Shown in pieces: positions 34,741 through 43,555 of a stretch of DNA of 64,000 bases. A model generated the notes under the pieces. The model was not told where the DNA came from, made no database searches, and was given only the letters and a program-made list of their open reading frames with translations. Source of the DNA: Bacteroidales bacterium (GTDB taxonomy: Bacteria > Bacteroidota > Bacteroidia > Bacteroidales > WCHB1-69); the NCBI GenBank assembly GCA_017540505.1, contig JAFYAW010000005.1, forward strand, positions 2,197-66,196. The letters are read 5' to 3'. Numbering within the stretch: the first letter of the stretch is position 1; each line of letters opens with the position of its first letter. The translations under genes were made by a program, and so were the position numbers.

Positions 34741-35300
34741 ACGATTTGCGGTTTGCGATTTACGATTTTCGATTGGATTTTGGATTATGGGGATTCCGCT
34801 CAACGCTACCGCATTCCGCCAGCGACGATAGGAGCGGCGGAATCTCCCCACGCCTCGGTTGGTTTTTCCCCCAACTTTTGGGGGGCAGTTCGCAAAACAT
34901 CCCCGTCAGGGGATCCATATCTGTAGCCAGGGAACGCGTCAGTCCTGCCACAACGCCGTTAGGCGTTGCATATCTGTAGGAATTGGGCCCAATCACACAA
35001 AAATGTCCCGATAGGGGCAAAAGCTTGGTGGAAAGGTGCCCCCGCACACACCACGTCCCGACAGGGACGAAAGCTAGGTAGGAGATGGACACCACGCACA
35101 CCCCCTCGCGGCGCGGTACACGCGTGCCTGTGCAATGTCTCGAAGAGACATCCTCTCAATAACCCCACATAAGCGAGCGTGGCGAGCGCAATGTGGGGAC
35201 TGGGCGATGCGTCCCACCCCCTCGCGGCGTGGCAAACATGTGCCACGAAGAACGGAATAGGACCGCCGCGAAACGAAAATGATATCCGGTAACGTGGCAA
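34741..35300. repeat. Mosaic hairpin repeat locus B (modules of the A/C family in mixed orientation, including an internally deleted core)
   Basis: 34789-34849 is the reverse complement of the two termini of the A/C core joined directly, with about 110 bp missing. 35004-35068 matches 9726-9788. 35230-35280 matches the reverse complement of 40880-40925. Several perfect hairpins are present, for example ATGTCTCGAAGAGACAT and CCCCACAT...ATGTGGGG. Confidence 0.75.
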
Positions 35301-35460
35301 ACAGGACCATTTGAAAAGGTGTTTCCTGTTGCGGGCGGATGTCGTATATTTTGTATTTTTGTACCCGTAAAGGGGGCTTTCTACACATTGTAATTCATCT
35401 AAGCAAATTTTAATGAGGAATAACGTAAAATATTATATAACATCAATCATTTAAACAAAA

Positions 35461-35500
35461 ATAGCCGCTCAGGCTGTCCCGAACGGCTATTTGTTTTATA
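35461..35500. terminator. Possible bidirectional terminator
   Basis: ATAGCCG...CGGCTAT is a 7-bp stem with a large loop, flanked by an A-run on one side and a T-run on the other. It lies 15 nt beyond the GH57 stop. Confidence 0.3.
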
Positions 35501-35514
35501 AAATGTTGGAAACA

Positions 35515-36702
35515 CTATTTTTCCAATTGCAGCTTCACATCGTTCAAAACATTCATATAATTGATGAATGCCTGATAGGGCGATGAGTACACCTCAAAGT
35601 TACGTTTCACAAACCGGTGTCCGAACCATTTGGAACTCATGAAGTTGAAGTGGTCGGCGGCTTGCAGTTGCAGCCAGCTGAGCTTGGCCTGCGGGTTGGT
35701 GGACTGGTCATACAGCTTTTGCAGCTTGAATAGTTGGTTGAAGGCTTCCTGCTGGAGTTCGTTGCCGATCCACTCGTGCGTGTCCTTCTCCTCGCCGGAG
35801 CAGGAGATGGGCCACGGCGCGTGCATGGTGGCGGTGGTGACATCCATGTCTAAAACCTCCTTCGGTGTGATGAAACTGTAGTTCTCGTTGGCAACCAGAC
35901 GGTCCACGAGGTCGCGGAAGAAGTCGAAAATCCCCGTGTCGGCGGTATAGTGCTCACCGATGGTCTCGTAGTCCCAGTACAGATTGATGAACGGCGCCTC
36001 GCTGCCGAAGTTGCTGTTGTTGAGGAACCACATGTACTTGTCGGCGGTCAGCGGGTACTGGTCCCAGCTATAGTCGTTGAAGCGCAGCGTGATGTCGTCG
36101 CACAGTTTGTAGGTGCGGAGTAGCAGGCGCACATCCGTCTGGTAAGGGTTGCAATACAGATAGGTGGGACTCTTCCAGCCTAAAATGTGGCGGGCACCCT
36201 CTGTGAGGATGACACGGTAGCCGGCATCGCCCAACCATTCGCCAATCTCGTCCGAATAGATGATCTCCGTGTTGCAGAAACTCACCGGCTTGACACCAAA
36301 GGTCTCCTGTAACAGGTTCTCCTGTAGGTGGATCTGTTCCATGAAAGCATCTTTCCCATACAAAGAGGCGATGCTGTGGGTGAACGTGGAACCGGTGATC
36401 TCCACGCAGCCGGTCGCGATGAGCTCCTTGAAACTCTCAATCACCTCTGGGCAGTAGTTCTTGAACAGTTCGATGGAACTGCCGGAGATGCTGAAACTGA
36501 GCTTGAAGGTGTCTGGATATTTCTTGATGAGCTCCAGCATCATCTTGTTGGCCGGAAGATAGCATCGTTCCGCCAGACGCTTGGTCAGATAGTGGTTCTG
36601 ATAGTCGTCAAAATAATCGTGGTTTTGATTGATGTCAAAAAAACGATAGGTGCGCAACCGATAGGGCTGGCTGATCTGGAAATGGAAACATATTCTATTC
36701 AT
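35515..36702 (-). CDS. Glycoside hydrolase family 57 (alpha-amylase/branching-type) protein
   Basis: The N-terminal ICFHFQISQPYR resembles the GH57 HQP region. Conserved neighbourhood with GT4 and debranching-enzyme genes. Confidence 0.65.
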   Translation of the reverse strand: MNRICFHFQISQPYRLRTYRFFDINQNHDYFDDYQNHYLTKRLAERCYLPANKMMLELIKKYPDTFKLSFSISGSSIELFKNYCPEVIESFKELIATGCVEITGSTFTHSIASLYGKDAFMEQIHLQENLLQETFGVKPVSFCNTEIIYSDEIGEWLGDAGYRVILTEGARHILGWKSPTYLYCNPYQTDVRLLLRTYKLCDDITLRFNDYSWDQYPLTADKYMWFLNNSNFGSEAPFINLYWDYETIGEHYTADTGIFDFFRDLVDRLVANENYSFITPKEVLDMDVTTATMHAPWPISCSGEEKDTHEWIGNELQQEAFNQLFKLQKLYDQSTNPQAKLSWLQLQAADHFNFMSSKWFGHRFVKRNFEVYSSPYQAFINYMNVLNDVKLQLEK

Positions 36703-37981
36703 GACGCAGTGTTTTTTCGTAAATGACTTTGAGTTTTTGGGCTACATACTCCCATTTGAGGTTGTTGACCTCTTCCTCGCCCTTGTCGGCGAAGAGCTTC
36801 GACAGGGCCGGGTAGTGCAGGAGACCGTAGATGGCATCGGCGGTGGCATCCACGTCCCAGAAATCGACCTTGATGGCGTGCTGCAGCACCTCGGCCACAC
36901 CCGACTGCTTGGAGATGACGACGGGCACTTTGGCGCGCATGGCCTCCAACGGCGAGATGCCGAACGGCTCCGATATGGAGGGCATGACATAAACGTCGCT
37001 CATGCCGAACATCTTGTCAATGTCGGCTCCGCGCAGGAAGCCGGTGAAATGGAAGCGGTCGGAGATGCCTAATTCGGCCACACGGCTGATGATGTGCTGC
37101 ATCATGTCGCCGTCGCCGGCCAGCACGAAACGCACGTTGGGGTCCTTGTCCAACACCCGCTTGGCCGTCTCCACAAAGTAGTCCGGACCTTTCTGGAAGG
37201 TGACACGCCCTAAGAAGGTGACGATTTTCTCTTTCACGAATTTCTCGCGCTCGACCTTTTTGTCGGAAGGCACCACCGCGTTGTGCAGGGTGAACACCTT
37301 CCGGGCATCAATGCCGTATTTCTCGATGACGATGTTGCGGGTGAGGTCGCTGACGGCACATACCGCATCCGCCGCCGACATACCCTCTTTTTCCATGCCA
37401 TACACGATGTCGTTGCGGTTGTGCTCGCCGGAACGGTCGTACTCGGTGGCGTGGATGTGCACCACCAGCGGCTTGCCGCTGATGCGTTTGGCGGCGATGC
37501 CTGCGCGGTAGGTCAGCCAGTCGTGTGCGTGGATGAGGTCGAACTCCTCCTGCTTGGCGATCTCGGCGGCCACCTCGGCGTAGCGGTTCACCTCTTCCAT
37601 CAGATTCTGTCCGTATTTGCCGGAAAACAGATACTTGCGCTTTTCACCGGAGACTTCCTCGTGCATCAGTCCGCTTTCCAACTGGTTGATGACGTTGTAA
37701 TAGTCGTCCAACCCCACGTAGGGCACCAGTTTTGAGTTGACTTGTATGAAGGAGGTTTCCCCGGCTTCGGTATAGAAAGAGGAGTAGCGGGTATCCACTT
37801 CCACGTCGCTGGCGTTCACAATCCTGGCGAAGGTCTGGTCCTCGTCGCCCGATGCCCTCGGCATCACGAAGGTGACATCCACACCGTTCAGCGCCAGGCC
37901 TTTTGTGAGCCCGTAGCAAGCGGTTCCAAGTCCTCCGGAAATATGCGGTGGAAACTCCCACCCGAACATTAATACTCTCAT
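36695..37981 (-). CDS. GT4-family glycosyltransferase (glycogen-synthase-like)
   Basis: MRVLMFGWEFPPHISGGLG and EPFGISPLEAM (E-x7-E); 428 aa. Confidence 0.75.
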   Translation of the reverse strand: MRVLMFGWEFPPHISGGLGTACYGLTKGLALNGVDVTFVMPRASGDEDQTFARIVNASDVEVDTRYSSFYTEAGETSFIQVNSKLVPYVGLDDYYNVINQLESGLMHEEVSGEKRKYLFSGKYGQNLMEEVNRYAEVAAEIAKQEEFDLIHAHDWLTYRAGIAAKRISGKPLVVHIHATEYDRSGEHNRNDIVYGMEKEGMSAADAVCAVSDLTRNIVIEKYGIDARKVFTLHNAVVPSDKKVEREKFVKEKIVTFLGRVTFQKGPDYFVETAKRVLDKDPNVRFVLAGDGDMMQHIISRVAELGISDRFHFTGFLRGADIDKMFGMSDVYVMPSISEPFGISPLEAMRAKVPVVISKQSGVAEVLQHAIKVDFWDVDATADAIYGLLHYPALSKLFADKGEEEVNNLKWEYVAQKLKVIYEKTLRHE

Positions 37982-38023
37982 GAATTATATTGTTTTATTC
38001 GTTTCATAAAAACTCAAACGTCT

Positions 38024-39964
38024 CTATTTGTAGTGCTCAATCCTCCATTTAAGATAAAGGAGGGCAGCCACGCTCCACGCCTGCGAGATGCAGCCGTTGG
38101 GTCTGTATGGAGGGTCGCCGTCCGCAATCTCGGCAATGGTGGAAACCCCGTAGGATTTCATGCAGCTGTCGAATTTGTATAAGATCTTTTGCAAAACGGG
38201 GATGGCGGCGTTTTGGTACACGGCCAGCATCCCGTCGGTGAACGGGAACAGCAGCCACGGCCAGCAGGTGCCCTGATGGTACGCTGCGTCGCGCTCGGCC
38301 TGGTTGCCGGCATAGTGGCCCTTGTATTCGGGATCGTTGGGCGACAGCGTGCGGATGCCCTTCTCGGTCAGCAGCTCCTCGCAGGTGCGCTTCAGGATCA
38401 GCTGGCGGATCTTCTCGCTGATGGGAGTGTAGGGCAGGGAGGTGGCGATCATCATGTTGGGGCGCACCTGGAAGTTCTTGTAGTCGCCGTCCACATAGTC
38501 GGCCAGATAGCCCATCTCCTTCGACCAGAACGTCTCCTTGAAGACGTCCGGGAAATGGGTGGCTATCGGCTCCCACTCGCTCACAAACTCCTTGTCTTTG
38601 CAATATTTGGCCAAGTCGAGGCAGAACTTGAGGGCGTTATACCAGAGGGCGTTGATTTCCACCTGACAGCCGGTGCGCGGGGTGACGGGCTTGCCGTCGA
38701 TGACGGCATCCATCCACGTGAGGGCCAAGCCGGGGCCGCCGGCATAGATCAGCCCGTTATCCAGCATTCGGATGTTATTCAGCGTGCCCTTTCGGTAGGC
38801 GCTCAGGATGTCTTTCAGCGTCTGGCCGTATTCCTCCCAGATGAGGCGTTTCTTGCGGATGCACTCGGCATAGAGTTGCAGGGTGCGGATGAACCACAGC
38901 GGGGCGTCCACCGAATTGTAGGCGGCATCGCTGCCCTCCCCGATGTTGGGGAACAGGCCGTCGCGCATCTCCTTCACCATGTCGTCCATGATCTCCTTGC
39001 AGAGGTCGTTCTTGCCCAATGCCAAGGTGAGGCCCGGCAGGGCGATGAACGTGTCGCGGCCCCAGCGTCCGAACCACGGGTAACCGGCTATGATCTCCGT
39101 CTTGCCGTTACGCTTGACGATGAACTGCTCCGCAGCGTTCCGCAGGCAGTTGAAGAAAGAGGAGCGTGGGGTGTGCTGCTTGGCCTCCACCTCGAATAGT
39201 CCGGCAATGTCGGCAGGATTGATAGGTTCGGTGCCGATGGTGATGTAAAGCTCCTTGTTGCGTACCAGGGCCGTGATGAGGCCCGGAGCCAGCAGGTCCT
39301 CGTGGCCGTCGTAGCCGCGGTTGAGTTCTTCAGCATATTCCACATCGTAAAACCAGAGCGGACTGTGCTGGTAGGAAATCTCCTCCGAACATTGCAGGTA
39401 CACCGGCGTGTAATTGTCGTATAGGCAGTAGCCCACGCCATTCTCCACGGGTTGGAAAGAGGTGTTGGCATAGGGATTCGCATGTGTCAGCGCGTGGATG
39501 TTGCGGAAGGCTAACATCGGCTGGAATTGCATGGAGGCCGATTCGTAATCGTCCAGAATGGTGTATTTTATGATCAGCCTATCGCTGTTGTTCAGGAAAA
39601 GGATCTCCTTGGTGAAATTGAACTTGCCCACCCGGTAGTAACAGGTGGGTATGTTGTCCGCCGTGAAGCGTTGCAGGTATTTGTTCCCTTTGGGCTCGAT
39701 GGCGCCGCCTTTGTACTGATGGACGCTCAGGCGGAAGTCCATGTTGTTCACGATGATGGTCTCGTTCAGGTTGGATACGAGCACATGCCGTTCATGGCCG
39801 AGTTTGTCCTGCGGCACGATGAACAGCCCGTGGTATTTCCGGGTGTTCAGTCCCGCCAGTGTGGTGGTGGCGAAGGAGCCGGTACGGCTGCATCGCAGGA
39901 TCTCACGAGTCATGGAATAGTTGAGGTTTACGAGGTCCGATTTTTCAAATTCTATGTAACTCAT
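38024..39964 (-). CDS. Glycogen debranching enzyme (amylo-alpha-1,6-glucosidase family)
   Basis: GYPWFGRWGRDTFIALPGL motif; 646 aa. Confidence 0.75.
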   Translation of the reverse strand: MSYIEFEKSDLVNLNYSMTREILRCSRTGSFATTTLAGLNTRKYHGLFIVPQDKLGHERHVLVSNLNETIIVNNMDFRLSVHQYKGGAIEPKGNKYLQRFTADNIPTCYYRVGKFNFTKEILFLNNSDRLIIKYTILDDYESASMQFQPMLAFRNIHALTHANPYANTSFQPVENGVGYCLYDNYTPVYLQCSEEISYQHSPLWFYDVEYAEELNRGYDGHEDLLAPGLITALVRNKELYITIGTEPINPADIAGLFEVEAKQHTPRSSFFNCLRNAAEQFIVKRNGKTEIIAGYPWFGRWGRDTFIALPGLTLALGKNDLCKEIMDDMVKEMRDGLFPNIGEGSDAAYNSVDAPLWFIRTLQLYAECIRKKRLIWEEYGQTLKDILSAYRKGTLNNIRMLDNGLIYAGGPGLALTWMDAVIDGKPVTPRTGCQVEINALWYNALKFCLDLAKYCKDKEFVSEWEPIATHFPDVFKETFWSKEMGYLADYVDGDYKNFQVRPNMMIATSLPYTPISEKIRQLILKRTCEELLTEKGIRTLSPNDPEYKGHYAGNQAERDAAYHQGTCWPWLLFPFTDGMLAVYQNAAIPVLQKILYKFDSCMKSYGVSTIAEIADGDPPYRPNGCISQAWSVAALLYLKWRIEHYK

Positions 39965-40022
39965 TGTATATAAAATTGATATATATAATAATCCAAAATT
40001 ACAATTTCGATTTTACGAACTG

Positions 40023-40030
40023 CAAAAATA
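40023..40030 (-). promoter_or_regulatory. -7 promoter box TATTTTTG within the 14-mer TTTCGTATTTTTGC
   Basis: 58 nt upstream of the ATG at 39964. The identical 14-mer recurs at 40797-40810 and 49594-49607. Confidence 0.5.
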
Positions 40031-40225
40031 CGAAAATTAATTTTATCAAACGATGTTTGTTAACAAGTTTCTCGGTGGCGGATGCCGTTTTGCGATTTGC
40101 GGTTTACGGTTTGCGATGAGTGGTTCATAAAACACTGACCGCTAATCACGAACTGTTATCCTTTGGCTGCCCATAAGGCAGGCCAGCGGTCTGCCGGGGT
40201 GGGTAGGAATAGGGCCGACGCACAA

Positions 40226-40792
40226 TTATTCGTTTTGTCTTTTTGGCATCCAATGGCAGGGAAGAACCAATAGTGGAATGAAACGATTGTACCAATAGGC
40301 GTAGATGTTATACGAATGACTGTCATCTTCATAAAAATCGGCTGCATTATAATGATAGAAGAAGGATGCTGTCTCCTCCCTTTCCCTGAAAATAGATTCT
40401 GTCAGGTCCGTATTCCGATGTGTTCTGACGAAGCAGATAATTCCATCATATTGAAAGAAACCGGTATATTCTACCAGAAAAGCATCTTTGTAATTATCCA
40501 TCCAAAAAGCATAGTAGCAATAACTTATGTTTGTATCAGGAATGGACAAAGTATCTACCACGATTACTATACAGATAGTGTCGGTGTAATAGTTGCATAA
40601 ACTTTCCGCTTCTATAACACTGTCAATAACTTCGAATATTGTGGAGTCGCATATTTCATATTGTCGCATGGTGATGATGGTGTCATAGGAATCCCATATT
40701 TTTGAGGGAGTGTCCTGTGCGGTTGCCACAAACACAGCATTGTTGCAACCGAATAAAAGGATGAACAATAAGAAACGATATAAATGATTCAT
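40226..40792 (-). CDS. Hypothetical lipoprotein (AT-rich orphan)
   Basis: The ATG at 40792 gives MNHLYRFLLFILLFGC, a lipobox. No family recognised. Confidence 0.45.
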   Translation of the reverse strand: MNHLYRFLLFILLFGCNNAVFVATAQDTPSKIWDSYDTIITMRQYEICDSTIFEVIDSVIEAESLCNYYTDTICIVIVVDTLSIPDTNISYCYYAFWMDNYKDAFLVEYTGFFQYDGIICFVRTHRNTDLTESIFREREETASFFYHYNAADFYEDDSHSYNIYAYWYNRFIPLLVLPCHWMPKRQNE

Positions 40793-40797
40793 GAGGG

Positions 40798-40805
40798 CAA
40801 AAATA
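40798..40805 (-). promoter_or_regulatory. -7 promoter box TATTTTTG only 5 nt from the ATG at 40792 (possible leaderless mRNA)
   Basis: TTTCGTATTTTTGC CCTC ATG read on the minus strand. Confidence 0.35.
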
Positions 40806-40859
40806 CGAAATATTACGATATTGCCCACAATAGGAAATACCTTTCCGAAGGGGTTTGTT

Positions 40860-41217
40860 TTCTCCCGTCACTCGGTTGTCTTTTTCGTTTCGCGGCGTGC
40901 ATGTCTTTTCTCCGTGGCGCGTGCCTGTCGCGCCGCGACATTGCGTGCGCACGTGCAATGCTGCCAAGCGTCCATCCCTGTCGGGACGTGGGGAGATTCC
41001 GCCGCTCCTGCCGTCGCTGGCGGAATGGTGCACATCGCACTTGCTGTCCAGACGGCGGCAGATTGTCTTTTCCGAAATCCAAATTCTTGTGCCGCCGCAT
41101 TCATGTCGTAGTGGCAACGCACCATTCCGCGAAACGCGGTAGCGTTGAGCGGAATCCCCATACATTCCATGATACCGCAAATCGAAAAAAAACACTACCT
41201 TTGCCTCCGCAATGAAC
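40860..41217 (+). repeat. Mosaic hairpin repeat, copy C
   Basis: 40990-41217 aligns with 9791-10016. The upstream part (40880-40975) is related to the reverse complement of parts of locus B. Confidence 0.8.
41196..41203 (+). promoter_or_regulatory. -7 promoter box TACCTTTG at the 3' edge of repeat copy C
   Basis: 41 nt upstream of the ATG at 41245. Confidence 0.5.
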
Positions 41218-41244
41218 TTTTTAGAATAATCGGACAATTGTAAT

Positions 41245-41727
41245 ATGAAGAAGAAACATTCAATCCTCCGGATAGTTATATGCTTGATTCTCGTTTTATT
41301 TGTGGTTTTCGAATTGGCTTGTATGTTGATCTGCAAGGGGAATTTTGTTGTGGATTCGTTGGTCTTCAATGCTTTTGAAACATGTGCGCCATATAGCCAA
41401 CATACTGTTTTAAGGGAAAACCAATATGTGACAGATGATATCGTTCATACTGTGATCCGGGATTCAGTGGATTTTGAGATTTTCATAGATGATAATCCGT
41501 TGTATATTGACACGCTGTTTCAGGATGACGGATTTATTATCAAACGTAAAAGCTGTTGGCTGCGGCCTGGCAGACACGACATCACCCTGAAATCAGATGC
41601 ATTAAATGTTTCTTACACATATCCTGTACATTGTCTCCTTTTCATGGTTGTATATGTGGAAAGCGGTGATGATCCCTGTTTTTGGATAACCAAACATTAT
41701 CTGCCATTAAGAAGAAGATTGATTTAG
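41245..41727 (+). CDS. Hypothetical membrane-anchored protein (AT-rich orphan)
   Basis: An N-terminal TM/signal anchor (ILRIVICLILVLFVVFELACMLI). No family recognised. Confidence 0.45.
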   Translation: MKKKHSILRIVICLILVLFVVFELACMLICKGNFVVDSLVFNAFETCAPYSQHTVLRENQYVTDDIVHTVIRDSVDFEIFIDDNPLYIDTLFQDDGFIIKRKSCWLRPGRHDITLKSDALNVSYTYPVHCLLFMVVYVESGDDPCFWITKHYLPLRRRLI

Positions 41728-41731
41728 ATAT

Positions 41732-41780
41732 CCCAACGGCCAACGGCCAATAGCTAACGGCCAACTCCCAACCGCCTCAA
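41732..41780. repeat. Heptamer array CCCAACG GCCAACG GCCAATA GCTAACG GCCAACT CCCAACC GCCTCAA
   Basis: Read directly from the sequence. It fills the whole spacer between convergent genes and overlaps the mntP stop codon. Confidence 0.85.
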
Positions 41781-42340
41781 AACACCCCGTGCTCGTACAA
41801 TGTTTTGATGCCGAGGCCGATGAGTACCAGTCCGGCAAGGAGGGAGGCCCATCTCTCCGGCACGGGTATGTGCTGCTTGCCGAGGGTGATGCCAATCAGG
41901 GAGACGATGAACGTGACGACGAAGATGATGAGGACGGTCAGGAGGATACGGGCCAGGCTGGAGTTCATCCCGAAGCCGATGCCCACCACGAAGGCGTCAA
42001 TGCTCGTGGCCACGGCCAATGTGCAGATTACCCAATAGCGGGAGATGTCCAGTACCTTCTGTTCGTCGCCGCTGCGGAAGCCGTCCACGATCATCTTGAT
42101 GCCTACCGCCGCCAGAAGCCCGAAGGCTATCCAGTGGTCAACCGACTCGATGGCCGACAGGCAGGCATTCCCGATCAGGGCACCAATCAAGGGGAACCCG
42201 CCCTGGAAGAGGGCGAAGGTGAAGGCCAGCAACAATCCGCGGGAATAGCTCATTTTGCTCTTCATCGCACACGTGGTGGAAACCACCAGCGAGTCCACGC
42301 AGAGGGCCAAGGCTAACAGAAAGGATTCTAACAGTGTCAT
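41777..42340 (-). CDS. mntP: Manganese efflux pump MntP
   Basis: LALALCVDSLVVS and a duplicated DUF204-type membrane architecture; 187 aa. Confidence 0.75.
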   Translation of the reverse strand: MTLLESFLLALALCVDSLVVSTTCAMKSKMSYSRGLLLAFTFALFQGGFPLIGALIGNACLSAIESVDHWIAFGLLAAVGIKMIVDGFRSGDEQKVLDISRYWVICTLAVATSIDAFVVGIGFGMNSSLARILLTVLIIFVVTFIVSLIGITLGKQHIPVPERWASLLAGLVLIGLGIKTLYEHGVF

Positions 42341-42346
42341 AGACGA

Positions 42347-43390
42347 TTATGCAGTACGCACCTTCTTGGGGTAAATGAGGGAAGCGACAATGGATACAAT
42401 CAAAATGCCCAGAATGATCATCAGTGATGCCGTGGTGGAGATTGTGAGCCCGAAGAACTCATGCCCGATCATCTTGAGCCCGATAAAGCATAACAGGCCG
42501 CCAAGGCCGTATCTCAATAGCCAGAAGGTGTCGGTTACGTTGCTCAGCAGGAAGAACAGCGACCGCAAGCCCATGATGGCGAATATGTTGGAGAAAAAGA
42601 CGATGAAGGTGTCGGTGGTGACGGAAAAGACAGCGGGAATGGAGTCCACGGCGAAGATGATGTCCGAAAACTCAATCACCAACAGCACAAGAAACAGCGG
42701 CGTCATGAAGAGCTTGCCGTCAATCTTGGTGAAGAAGTTGTGCCCGTCGCAGTTGGGCGTGAGACGGAAGTGCTTGGCAGCGAACTTCACCACGGGATGG
42801 TTGGCAGTGTCGATCTTTTCGTCGCCCTTATCGCGGAACATCTTGATACCGCTGTAGATGAGGATGACGCCGAAGATGGCTAAAATCCAGGAGAAGCGTT
42901 CCACCACGGCCCCCAAGGCGAAGATGAAGATGAAGCGCATCACGATGGCCCCGAGGATACCCCAGAACAGCACGCGGTGATAGTACTGTTTCTCAATGCC
43001 GAAGCTGGCAAAAATCATGATCATCACGAAGATGTTGTCGATGGAGAGCGATTCCTCTAAGAAGTAACCTGCCAGAAATTGGTTCGCCATCTCTTTCCGA
43101 TACACATCCAGCGCACTGGCATAATCCAAGCCGGCAATCTCTTGGGCCAGCGTGCTCCCATGCGCGTACAGGTTCAGGTCGGCGAGGCTGGTGATACCGT
43201 GAATCCATTCGGCATGGAAACGGATGAGCAGTGCCATGCCCATGGCCATCAGCACCCAGATGCCCGTCCAGATGGCCGCCTCCTTGATTTTTATGACATG
43301 GTCTTTCTTGTGAAACACCCCCAAGTCCAAAGCTAACATGAAGGTAATGAAGACCATGAAAAGGACGAAGAACAGTATTCGTGATGTCAT
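42347..43390 (-). CDS. TerC-family integral membrane protein (Alx/YkoY-like, putative Mn exporter)
   Basis: EESLSIDNIFVMIMIF TerC motif; multi-TM; preceded by a riboswitch. Confidence 0.8.
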   Translation of the reverse strand: MTSRILFFVLFMVFITFMLALDLGVFHKKDHVIKIKEAAIWTGIWVLMAMGMALLIRFHAEWIHGITSLADLNLYAHGSTLAQEIAGLDYASALDVYRKEMANQFLAGYFLEESLSIDNIFVMIMIFASFGIEKQYYHRVLFWGILGAIVMRFIFIFALGAVVERFSWILAIFGVILIYSGIKMFRDKGDEKIDTANHPVVKFAAKHFRLTPNCDGHNFFTKIDGKLFMTPLFLVLLVIEFSDIIFAVDSIPAVFSVTTDTFIVFFSNIFAIMGLRSLFFLLSNVTDTFWLLRYGLGGLLCFIGLKMIGHEFFGLTISTTASLMIILGILIVSIVASLIYPKKVRTA

Positions 43391-43410
43391 TTTTTATACT
43401 TTTTTTCTTT

Positions 43411-43459
43411 CCAATAAAATAATAAAGACCCATAGACACAGCGGGTGCGTCCATGAGTC
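43411..43459 (-). terminator. Riboswitch expression platform: intrinsic terminator that competes with P1
   Basis: RNA GACUCAUGG (includes the P1 3' strand) pairs with CUAUGGGUC (9 bp including 2 G-U pairs, 15-nt loop), followed by UUUAUUAUUUUAUU. Confidence 0.55.
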
Positions 43460-43544
43460 TTATTGCTTAGGAGCGGCACCATGCCATCCGATGGCAGGGA
43501 TTGTTGATGCCGTTCACGGCTTGCGCCGCCAATTACTCCCTCAT
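43453..43544 (-). promoter_or_regulatory. yybP-ykoY-type Mn2+ riboswitch (candidate)
   Basis: On the minus strand the sequence reads AUGAG-GGAGUAAUUGGCGGCG ... CCUAAGCAAUAAGA-CUCAU. A P1 stem AUGAG/CUCAU brackets GGAGUA and AGCAA(U)AAGAC, which resemble the conserved GGGGAGUAG and AGCAAGAC cores. Internal stems are GGCGGC/GCCGCU, GCCG-UGAA-CGGC and UGCCAU/AUGGCA. It lies upstream of terC-mntP. Confidence 0.65.
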
Positions 43545-43555
43545 ATTCTTTTTCA

